The position numbers and the translations under genes were made by a program. Source: an uncultured bacterium (lineage in GTDB: Bacteria > Abyssobacteria > SURF-5). Taken from it: a DNA stretch of 17,617 bases. The stretch lies in the NCBI GenBank assembly GCA_964607485.1, contig CAZSKP010000062.1, forward strand, positions 1-17,617. The letters run 5' to 3'. Shown one piece after another: positions 1-7,146 of the stretch (the first letter of the stretch is position 1; the number at the start of each line of letters is the position of its first letter). The notes beneath the pieces are model-generated. The model saw only the letters and a program-made list of their open reading frames with translations, did no database searches and was not told the DNA's origin.

Positions 1-14
1 GGCTGTCTTGGCAA

Positions 15-38
15 GGGCGCATGGCCATGCGCCCCTAC
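15..38 (-). repeat. GTAG-family REP-like palindrome
   Basis: Perfect 20-bp palindrome GGGCGCATGG|CCATGCGCCC (15-34) followed by CTAC (GTAG on the minus strand). Confidence 0.6.
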
Positions 39-123
39 AATCGGTTGACTCAAGCACATTGAACCACACGCCGAGGGAGCGGTCAAGGAAGTTCTTGTTA
101 ATAAACGGCGGAGCGGCTTCGTC

Positions 124-250
124 GGGGGGAAAAGGGGAAAAGGCGAAAGGGAACTGTATCCGCAGATTGCGCAGATTTACGCTGATTCTTTCCACTCTGG
201 ACTCCGGACTCCAGACTCTCTCTCACCGCAAAGACGCAAAGAACGCAAAG
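124..250 (+). repeat. Stack of short tandem repeats (purine-rich ~7-mers, CGCAGAT x3, ACTCYRG x3, CGCAAAG x3)
   Basis: Read directly: GGGGGGAAAAGGGGAAAAGGCGAAAGGG (124-151); CGCAGAT-tg-CGCAGAT-tta-CGCTGAT (161-186); ACTCTGG ACTCCGG ACTCCAG (194-214); CGCAAAG-a-CGCAAAG-aa-CGCAAAG (227-250). Confidence 0.7.
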
Positions 251-291
251 GGAAGATTCATTGACGCCGATGGCTGCAGAATGGCTGGCGC

Positions 292-777
292 TTACCAGTG
301 GATTGTATAGGACAGGAAGCCGTAGAAGGTTTTTTCGTCTCTCATGGGACCGTCATCCAGCACCAGCAGGGCGGGCTTGGCGTTTCCTTTTGGTCGCGGC
401 AGAGGGTGAATGCTGATCTCCGATTCGGGCGGGTCGGTTTTCGGATCAAGCAGAGGAGGATCAAGACTGATTTTTTCGTGCTGTAATTTTTCTTCTGTCC
501 GAAGCGTCACAGCTTGCTCATGTTCCTCCGAACCTTCGAGAGTTTCCCTGGCGACCACCAAGGGGCTTCCTTCTTGCGTGGGAACCGACAACTCGTCTTG
601 CATTGTGTCGGCGGCTGCCGGGCTCTCATCAGTCTCGGCCGATTCATCAAGGAATTCTGGGGCAACCGGTGTTGACCGACAGGTTTCCTCGCGTTGATTG
701 GCCAACGCCATGGCAGACCAGATGAGGGAAATCGCAAAGGCATAAAGAGTGATTTTCCAAGCCTTATTAGGCCGCAT
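292..777 (-). CDS. Hypothetical secreted protein (~161 aa)
   Basis: From ATG at 777: basic n-region, hydrophobic h-region and ALA cleavage motif (MRPNKAWKITLYAFAISLIWSAMALA), an acidic/Pro-rich body, and C-terminal FYGFLSYTIHW. Start chosen on signal-peptide shape; the ORF track starts at 816. Confidence 0.6.
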   Translation of the reverse strand: MRPNKAWKITLYAFAISLIWSAMALANQREETCRSTPVAPEFLDESAETDESPAAADTMQDELSVPTQEGSPLVVARETLEGSEEHEQAVTLRTEEKLQHEKISLDPPLLDPKTDPPESEISIHPLPRPKGNAKPALLVLDDGPMRDEKTFYGFLSYTIHW

Positions 778-935
778 TATCTTTCTCACATCCCATCTCT
801 TACACGCGATACTCACTCGACCCTTTTATAAAGTATCACACCGACAATACTGAAGGGCTATGTGTGTATTACTTCGCGGGGGCAAAAGGCGGAAAGACGA
901 AAGGGGAAAGGCCTTGTCAATCCGTGACTTACAAC

Positions 936-959
936 GGGCGCAGCGTGCTGTCCCCCTAC
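936..959 (-). repeat. Degenerate GTAG-family REP-like element
   Basis: GGGCGCAGC-GT-GCTGTCCCC-CTAC, an imperfect hairpin ending in CTAC, similar to 15-38. Confidence 0.45.
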
Positions 960-1007
960 AGAGATTTCTACGTTCGCGAAGGGAGAGACAGCCTTCTTCC
1001 CGGCTTG

Positions 1008-1385
1008 TCAACAGATGTCGGCGTGGGCGAGAGCGTGTTCGGAAGTGTGGCTGAGGGAGAGGAGTACGTTGGCGGCGCCGAGGGCGTCGTACCGTTTGGC
1101 GGCTGCGCCGTGGAGTTTTACGCGCGGTGGCCCGTTGTCGCCGGCGACCACTTCGATGTCGCGCATGCGGACGCCCTTCGAGAAGCCCGTGCCGAGCGCT
1201 TTGGCGACGGCCTCCTTCGCCGCGAACCTGGCCGCGAGGTGCATGGCGGGCTGGGCCTTCTTCATGCAATATTCGGCCTCGGCCTTTGTGAAGACGCGGT
1301 CGAGGAATTTTCGTTTCTGGCGGGAAAGTAGCCGCTCGATTCGCGCGACCTCGACGATGTCGATTCCGGTTCCGATGAGGGTCAT
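1008..1385 (-). CDS. acpS: Holo-[acyl-carrier-protein] synthase
   Basis: GTGIDIVE, FLDRVFT..E, LAARFAAKEAVAKALGTG and LSLSHT motifs; 125 aa. Confidence 0.95.
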   Translation of the reverse strand: MTLIGTGIDIVEVARIERLLSRQKRKFLDRVFTKAEAEYCMKKAQPAMHLAARFAAKEAVAKALGTGFSKGVRMRDIEVVAGDNGPPRVKLHGAAAKRYDALGAANVLLSLSHTSEHALAHADIC

Positions 1386-1395
1386 CGCGCCGCCC

Positions 1396-1809
1396 CTACG
1401 TGTGGGCTATCTCCTTGCCCGGCAGCGGCGGGCAGGCGGTGTAGAGCGAATCCACGCGTATCAGCCCGACCGCGCGTGGGCCCGAGTAGGCGTTGTACCT
1501 GAGAAGCGGGTGCGAGGCGAACATATCGAACAGCGGGCCGGACGTCTGGAACTCCTGGAAGGTGCCCTTCGCCTGATAGGCGATTCCGTCCTTCGTGAGC
1601 ACCGACACCGCGACCTTCCCGTTGGCGAGAAGGTTCTTGCGGGTCTTGTTCATCATCATGTCCACGAACACGAGCGTTTCTTCTCCGAACGGCATTATCG
1701 ACAGGATGGGGACGACGTTCGGCGTGCCGTTCTCATCGACGGTGGCCATGAATTTCGCCGCTTCCATGTCGGCGAACTTTTCGAGTACGACTTGTGGCAT
1801 CTTCGCCAT
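1396..1809 (-). CDS. Pyridoxamine 5'-phosphate oxidase-like FMN-binding split-barrel protein
   Basis: MATVDENGTPNVVPI...KTRKNLLANGKVAVSV...YQAKG pattern of the PNPOx-like family; 137 aa; 14 nt downstream of the GRE gene. Confidence 0.85.
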   Translation of the reverse strand: MAKMPQVVLEKFADMEAAKFMATVDENGTPNVVPILSIMPFGEETLVFVDMMMNKTRKNLLANGKVAVSVLTKDGIAYQAKGTFQEFQTSGPLFDMFASHPLLRYNAYSGPRAVGLIRVDSLYTACPPLPGKEIAHT

Positions 1810-1823
1810 GACTGCATCGCTCC

Positions 1824-4199
1824 CTAAAGTCTTCCGTGCGAGCTGCGCGCGATTATCTCGTCCTGCATTCCTCTTCCGAGCGTCACGAAGTATGCGTTGT
1901 ATCCCGTGACGCGCACGAGCAGGTTCGAGTACTTTTCCGGGTTGGCCTGGGCTTCCACGAGGGTTGCCTTGTCGATGACGTTAATCTGGATCGACGTGCC
2001 GCCGAGCTCGCCGTATGCGCGCAGCAGCGCCCCGAGCCGTTCGAGCTGGGCGTCGCCCTCGAGGACGGACGGGTTGAGCGTGATGGTGTAGGAAGCTCCG
2101 CGCGGGTTCACGTCGAAGCCGTATCGGGTGACCGATTTCATCGCGGCGGTCGGGCCGAGCATGTCGCGGCCTTGGACGGGCGCGACGGCGTTCGAGAGGT
2201 GTTCGCCCTTGTGGCGGCCGTCGGGCGTGGCGGCGGTGTGTTCGGCGAACGAGATGAAGTAGTTCCACGACAGGTAGCCAGCCGTGTATCGCCTGCCGGT
2301 GGCGGGCGACACGTGCTTGTTCGCTTCCTCCGACCAGAACCTGGAAAGCTCGCGGCCGATGGAATCGACGTAGCCGTCGTCGTTTCCGAACTTGGGCGCG
2401 CGGTTGATGAGCATCTGCCTGATTTGCTCGTGGCCTGCGAAATCCTGCTTGAGGGCTTCCACAAGCTCGGCCATCGGAATCAGTTTGTCCTCGAAGACCA
2501 GCTTCTTGACGGCGGCCACCGAATCGGCGAGGGTCGAGACGCTGCATCCCTCGACGGTGATGAAGTTGTATTTCGCGCCTCCCTGGCGGACGTCTTTCGC
2601 GCTCTCCATGCATCCGCCGATGTGCGACGAAAGGTACGGCACGGGCAGGAACTTCGCCCTGAGCGCGTCCCATGCGCTGTACACGTCTATCGTTTGCAGC
2701 AGGATATCCTTGAGCTGCGCTTTCACCGCATCGACAAATTGGCCGTAATCCTTGAACCCGGCCGGGTCTCCGGTGGAGGGGCCGATCTGGTCTCCCGTCA
2801 CCATGCACTTGCCGTCGTTCAGCGCAAGCTCGACCGCCTTTGCGAGGTTGACGTTCACGTCCACGGTGCCGGAGAGGTCGTTGCCGTGCGAGGTGTTCTC
2901 TATGCAGCCGACGATGCCGTAGTTCACCGCCTCCTCGCGCGAAATCCCCTCCTTTTCGAGGGCGATGATGCTCGTCTTGTCGAAATTCAGCAGGAACGGC
3001 GAGCCCTGCGAGTGCGCAACCATCTCGCAGATGCGCCGCATCAGTTTGTCGGGCGTTTTCTCGTGCAGCCGTATCGACCGCTTGGGCTCGAGCATGTTCA
3101 TCTCCTCGATGACGTCGAGCATCAGATAGGTGAGGTCGTTGGTCACGTCCTCGCCGTCCGGCCCGCAGCCGCCGAGCGTGATCAACTGGCCGAAGCCCGA
3201 GTTGATGCCGTGTCTGCCGCCCAAATAGTAGCGGTCGTAGGCGTAATTGTGCTTGACCCAGAAGCATTCGAGGATTTCCTTCGCCTGCTCTCGCGAGATT
3301 TTGCCCGATTGGACATCGCGCTCGTAGTAGGGGAACATGTACTGGTCGAACCTGCCGTATGACAGGCCGGCGCCGGGGTAGCTCTCGGCTATCATGTCGA
3401 TCATGTGGGTGAGCCATGCCGACTGCACCGCCTCGTGGAATCCCTGCGCGGGCAGGTAGGGCACGCGGTCGCATATCTCCGCGATTTCGAGCAGCTCCTG
3501 CCGGCGCTCGTAGGACTGCTCGTGTTCGGCCTGCTCCCTCGCCTCGCGTGCGTAGCGCGCCGCAAACTTGCGGACGGCGTCGCAGCAGATGACGACGGTG
3601 CGGTAGAACGCCCGCCTCCCGTCGTCCGTCTCGGCGGAGAGTTTTTGCTCAGCCTCCTGTTTGATTCCCTCAAACCCCACCCGGAGCACCTTGGGGAAAT
3701 CCTGTATGATATGCGAGGGCACGGGGCCGCAGTTGCTGATGCCGTGGCTTATCAGCCACTCCGTGCGGCGCGATTCTCTCTCGTCTATCCGGCGATATTC
3801 TTCGGTCTCCTTCTCGTTGAGGCAGTTGGACAATGCGGTATTATACCGGCCGCCGACGATGAGCTCGCCCTCCAGGATGTCTGCCGGAATCTGCCTGAGA
3901 ACCTGCGCGAAGAGAAGGGCGCGGCGGACGATGAGCGGCTCGTCCCAGAAGGTTTCGGGCAGGGAAACCTCCTCGGCGAGCGCAAGCAGGCTGTCGCCGA
4001 CCGCATTCATGAATGGAACGACCTCGGGAGCCACGTAGTCCTCGTGCCGTCGATACACGACGTCCCACGGAGCGCCCGTGGTGTAGGAAAGCACCTCGTT
4101 GGAAAACGACCGGCTTTCCCGGTCGAAGTATTCATCCCGCAGCCGTTTCACGCGCGCGCTCAACCGGCTCGACGGTCCCCAGATTGCTATCTTTTCCAT
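1824..4199 (-). CDS. Glycyl radical enzyme (PFL2-like, substrate unknown), ~791 aa
   Basis: C-terminal glycyl loop LLVRVTGYNAYF, single-Cys loop YGIVGCIE, SYGRFDQYMFPYY, PKFGNDD and ATPDGR motifs. ATG at 4199 is preceded by AGGAGG (4216-4211). Confidence 0.93.
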   Translation of the reverse strand: MEKIAIWGPSSRLSARVKRLRDEYFDRESRSFSNEVLSYTTGAPWDVVYRRHEDYVAPEVVPFMNAVGDSLLALAEEVSLPETFWDEPLIVRRALLFAQVLRQIPADILEGELIVGGRYNTALSNCLNEKETEEYRRIDERESRRTEWLISHGISNCGPVPSHIIQDFPKVLRVGFEGIKQEAEQKLSAETDDGRRAFYRTVVICCDAVRKFAARYAREAREQAEHEQSYERRQELLEIAEICDRVPYLPAQGFHEAVQSAWLTHMIDMIAESYPGAGLSYGRFDQYMFPYYERDVQSGKISREQAKEILECFWVKHNYAYDRYYLGGRHGINSGFGQLITLGGCGPDGEDVTNDLTYLMLDVIEEMNMLEPKRSIRLHEKTPDKLMRRICEMVAHSQGSPFLLNFDKTSIIALEKEGISREEAVNYGIVGCIENTSHGNDLSGTVDVNVNLAKAVELALNDGKCMVTGDQIGPSTGDPAGFKDYGQFVDAVKAQLKDILLQTIDVYSAWDALRAKFLPVPYLSSHIGGCMESAKDVRQGGAKYNFITVEGCSVSTLADSVAAVKKLVFEDKLIPMAELVEALKQDFAGHEQIRQMLINRAPKFGNDDGYVDSIGRELSRFWSEEANKHVSPATGRRYTAGYLSWNYFISFAEHTAATPDGRHKGEHLSNAVAPVQGRDMLGPTAAMKSVTRYGFDVNPRGASYTITLNPSVLEGDAQLERLGALLRAYGELGGTSIQINVIDKATLVEAQANPEKYSNLLVRVTGYNAYFVTLGRGMQDEIIARSSHGRL

Positions 4200-4240
4200 T
4201 GTTCCCTGATCCTCCTGTGCCACCGCCGGAGACAACCTTC

Positions 4241-4270
4241 ATTATAACAAAATTCCCGACCGAATTTCAC
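4241..4270 (-). promoter_or_regulatory. Putative sigma70 promoter for the GRE operon
   Basis: Extended -10 TGnTATAAT (TATAAT at 4246-4241) with GTGAAA 18 nt upstream. Confidence 0.55.
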
Positions 4271-4321
4271 GCTGCCGGAGGAATGTGAAGTCATAATGGC
4301 GTGTTGCCCAAACGATTCAGA

Positions 4322-4436
4322 GTCATTGCGAGGGAGAGTCATAGACTCGACCGAAGCAATCTCGGAAGCGTTTCCCCCCTTTTCATCGGGATTGCTTCGT
4401 CGCCCGAGCTTGCAGCTCTTTGCTCCTCGCAATGAC
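4322..4436. repeat. 115-bp nested palindromic (MITE/REP-like) element
   Basis: Outer IR GTCATTGCGAGG (4322-4333)/CCTCGCAATGAC (4425-4436); inner IR CGAAGCAATC (4352-4361)/GATTGCTTCG (4390-4399). Confidence 0.8.
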
Positions 4437-4546
4437 GAGGCAGGAAGAGCGTATTGGGCGAGGAACCATTCAGACAATACACAGATAAGTGTTCAGGAAT
4501 GACGTCGAAGAGGCAAGCCTGTGTGGGCAGGGCGGGCGGATTTCGC

Positions 4547-5926
4547 TCAGAGGCCCAGCAGCAGTTTCACCGTTCCGAAATAGAGGAGAAGCCCCGTGAT
4601 GTCCACCACCGTCGTCAGGGCGGGGCTTGCCACCACCGCCGGGTCCTGTTTCATCTTCGTGGCCAACAGGGGGAGCATGGCGCCGATGAGGGTGGCCGAT
4701 ATGACCTGTAATCCCAGAGCAAGCGCGATTACGGCGCCGACTTGCAGTAAGGAGAATCCTCCCGCGACTTGACTGCCGGTCGAGAAGAAGAGAATTCTCG
4801 CGAGCGAGACGAGCACGAGGATGAGGCTGAGCATCAGGCTTATCTTGAGCTCTTTCCACAGCACGCGGAGCAGGTCGGCGGACCGTATCTGCCGGAGCGC
4901 GAGGGCGCGAATCACTACCGTCGCCGACTGCGAGCCCGTGTTTCCGCCCGTGTCGGCCAGCATGGGCATGTAGAACGCCAGGATGAGCATCGTGCTCAGG
5001 GTCTTTTCGAACGATTGCACGATGGCTCCCGACACGAGCCCGAGCGCGGCGAGAGCGACCAGCCACGTGACTCGCCTTCGGAAATGCACGCGCGAGGGTA
5101 TGGAGAGATAGTCTTCCTCCCTGACCTCGCCGGTCAGGCCCATGAGCCTTTCCATGTCCTCGGTCTGCTCTTCGCGCAGGATGTCGAACGCGTCGTCGTG
5201 GGTCACGATTCCCACCAGCGCGCCGTCGGCGGTGACGACCGGGATGGCGAGGAGGTCGTATTTTTCAATCGTGCGCGCCACCTCTTCCTGGTCCTCATCG
5301 GTCCGCACGGAGATCACGTCGGGGTGCATCACGTCCTCAATGCGTTGGTAGGGCTGGGCGAGTATCAGGTCCTTAAGCGAGATGAAGCCCTTGAGTCTGC
5401 GCTGGTTGTCGAGCACGTACGCGTAATAGATCGTCTCCCTGTCCGGCGCCTCCAGCCTCAATTTTTCGATCGCCTGCTCTACGGCGAGGTCGGGAGAGAG
5501 GGCGGCGTAATCCGAGGTCATGACTGCGCCGGCGGTGTGTTCGGGATACGAGGCGAGCTTCCGAATGTCCTCGCGTTCGGCCTGCGCCATGGCCGGCATC
5601 AGGAACTTGGTCTCCGACTCGGGCATCTTCTTTATGAGGTCGACGCGCTCGTCGTGCGACATGTTCGAAACGAGTGCGGCAAGCTCCGAACGGCCCATAG
5701 CCATTGCGAGAGACAACTGCTCGGTAATATCCATGTAGCCGAAAATCATGGCCCGAGCGCGCGGGCCGGCGTAGGAGAGTATGCTCCTGACCTCATCGAC
5801 GTCCAGCCCGCTGAGGAACTCCGCGATGGAGGCGGGGTGAGTTGAATCGCAGAACTCGCGCAAACCTTCGGAGTCGCCCGTCGAGAGCATTTCTCGCAAC
5901 TCGGGGACAAGCAGGATGTTCTTCAT
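4547..5926 (-). CDS. mgtE: Magnesium transporter MgtE
   Basis: MgtE N-domain, tandem CBS domains (YPEHTAGAVMT...KYDLLAIPVV...VGIVTHDD), PMLADTGGNTGSQS and DPAVVASPALTTVVD; SD GGAGGTGA. Confidence 0.97.
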   Translation of the reverse strand: MKNILLVPELREMLSTGDSEGLREFCDSTHPASIAEFLSGLDVDEVRSILSYAGPRARAMIFGYMDITEQLSLAMAMGRSELAALVSNMSHDERVDLIKKMPESETKFLMPAMAQAEREDIRKLASYPEHTAGAVMTSDYAALSPDLAVEQAIEKLRLEAPDRETIYYAYVLDNQRRLKGFISLKDLILAQPYQRIEDVMHPDVISVRTDEDQEEVARTIEKYDLLAIPVVTADGALVGIVTHDDAFDILREEQTEDMERLMGLTGEVREEDYLSIPSRVHFRRRVTWLVALAALGLVSGAIVQSFEKTLSTMLILAFYMPMLADTGGNTGSQSATVVIRALALRQIRSADLLRVLWKELKISLMLSLILVLVSLARILFFSTGSQVAGGFSLLQVGAVIALALGLQVISATLIGAMLPLLATKMKQDPAVVASPALTTVVDITGLLLYFGTVKLLLGL

Positions 5927-5929
5927 CGT

Positions 5930-5969
5930 TCACCTCCGGAAGGACCGCCGCCATGGCGGCCGGAGGTGA
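5930..5969 (-). promoter_or_regulatory. Anti-Shine-Dalgarno hairpin sequestering the mgtE RBS
   Basis: On the mRNA, UCACCUCCGG (5969-5960) is perfectly complementary over 10 bp to CCGGAGGUGA (5939-5930), which contains the SD. Confidence 0.75.
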
Positions 5970-5978
5970 GGCGGGCTC

Positions 5979-6110
5979 TCAGGCCGGCATGGCCTGAGCC
6001 TCATGTGCCGGGTGGGCCACCGTGGCTGGTACTGGTCCGAAACGTTCCGATTCTCTCTTGAGAAGCCTTACTGTCGGATAATGCCTGCTACTACTGCCAG
6101 GGTCTTCCAT
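5979..6110 (-). CDS. Putative mgtE leader peptide (uORF, 43 aa, MEDPGSSSRHYP...AMPA)
   Basis: Open frame between the promoter and mgtE with 6 Pro codons; AAGGA just upstream (short spacing, alternative in-frame ATG at 6125); stop codon ~10 nt before the anti-SD arm. Confidence 0.45.
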   Translation of the reverse strand: MEDPGSSSRHYPTVRLLKRESERFGPVPATVAHPAHEAQAMPA

Positions 6111-6224
6111 TTTTCCTTGCACCATCGTGATACGCAAGCATGCGTTACCTGACCACCTTAGCAAGAAGCCGCCGCTTGCGCTTGCGACGGACTTCGCCGT
6201 TCTTAAGTGGTCACTCCGCCTCTC

Positions 6225-6253
6225 ATTATAGTGCATCCTCCCCGTTGGGTCAA
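6225..6253 (-). promoter_or_regulatory. sigma70 promoter for the mgtE leader/mgtE
   Basis: TTGACC (6253-6248)-N17-TATAAT (6230-6225). Confidence 0.8.
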
Positions 6254-6274
6254 GCTCAAAAAAACGCGGCGCAC

Positions 6275-6304
6275 TTGACACGGATTGTCCCGTGCGGCTA
6301 TAAT
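6275..6304 (+). promoter_or_regulatory. sigma70 promoter for the rpmH operon
   Basis: Consensus TTGACA (6275-6280)-N18-TATAAT (6299-6304), back-to-back with the mgtE promoter. Confidence 0.8.
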
Positions 6305-6375
6305 AAAAAGTTGATATTGAAGTTCTGAACGGCCCACGGTCCCTGCGCGACAGGGCACATTACGAGGATATTGTC

Positions 6376-6516
6376 GTGAAAAGAACATTTCAGCCATCCA
6401 ACAGGAAAAGAAAGCGGAAGCACGGCTTCAGAGCCCGAATGAAGACGAAGGGTGGGCGAAGCACAATAAGCAGCAGGAGGCGAAAAGGCCGTTCTCGATT
6501 GACTGTCAGCGGCTGA
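6376..6516 (+). CDS. rpmH: 50S ribosomal protein L34 (46 aa; not in the ORF track)
   Basis: GTG start after GAGGA; translates to [46 protein letters not shown]. Confidence 0.97.
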   Translation: MKRTFQPSNRKRKRKHGFRARMKTKGGRSTISSRRRKGRSRLTVSG

Positions 6517-6530
6517 CCCCGCGGCCCGGA

Positions 6531-6878
6531 ATGAAGAAGCTTGGTTTCCCGAGGAGCAGGCGGCTCACTAAACAGCACGAATTCAAGAGCCTTTACAGAA
6601 CCGGGCTGAGGAAGTCGAACGAATACCTGACAGTTTACTCTAATCGAATAGACAGCCGGAGGGGCAAGGTAGGGATCGCGGCCGGAAAGCGACTGGGGAA
6701 GGCCGTCGAGCGCAATAGAATCCGAAGAGTCCTAAGAGAGACCGTTCGAGAGAATCAACACAGCATAAACGACAAGACGGACCTGGCAATCGTTGTAAAA
6801 CGCCCTGCGCTCGACCTTCCGCACCACGAACTGGCCAAACAGCTTCTTCAATTGCTCCGGAAGAGCGGAGCTCTTTGA
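6531..6878 (+). CDS. rnpA: Ribonuclease P protein component
   Basis: FPRSRRL..EF and the RNR motif [18 protein letters not shown]; canonical position after rpmH. Confidence 0.95.
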   Translation: MKKLGFPRSRRLTKQHEFKSLYRTGLRKSNEYLTVYSNRIDSRRGKVGIAAGKRLGKAVERNRIRRVLRETVRENQHSINDKTDLAIVVKRPALDLPHHELAKQLLQLLRKSGAL

Positions 6879-7087
6879 TGCGCACACTGCTCATTTTTGT
6901 CATAAAGGTTTATAAGGCAGTCTTGTCTCCGCTTCTCCCCCCTGCCTGTCGTTTTCTCCCTACCTGCTCCGAGTACGCCCTCGAGGCCGTCAAGAAACAC
7001 GGCGCCCTGAAGGGGACATATCTGGCCCTGAGGAGAATCCTGAGGTGCCATCCGCTGTGTGAGGGCGGTTTCGACCCCGTGCCCTGA
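6878..7087 (+). CDS. yidD: Membrane protein insertion efficiency factor YidD
   Basis: [35 protein letters not shown] overlaps the rnpA stop (TGATG). Confidence 0.95.
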   Translation: MRTLLIFVIKVYKAVLSPLLPPACRFLPTCSEYALEAVKKHGALKGTYLALRRILRCHPLCEGGFDPVP

Positions 7088-7146
7088 CGGGGCGCGCGTA
7101 GGGGCGAGGCCCTGCGATATTTTCGAAGGAAGAAGGAGCTCTCCTT

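Noticed and set aside
161-250. CRISPR-like array in the tandem repeats
   Set aside because: Units are 7-10 nt with no unique spacers and no cas genes nearby.
8-310. 100-aa + strand ORF at the window start
   Set aside because: Runs through stacked intergenic repeats, has no RBS or motif, and overlaps the end of the minus-strand gene.
1836-4247. Long alternative-frame and antisense ORFs over the GRE gene (508, 497, 280 aa)
   Set aside because: Shadow ORFs typical of GC-rich coding DNA; Arg/Ala-rich with no motifs and fully overlapping a confident gene.
4769-5845. 358-aa antisense ORF over mgtE (and similar ones over yidC and mnmE)
   Set aside because: Antisense shadows of well-conserved genes.
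5930-6220. M-box (ykoK) riboswitch upstream of mgtE
   Set aside because: M-box consensus blocks and a U-tailed terminator are not recognisable by eye; an Infernal search is needed to exclude it fully.
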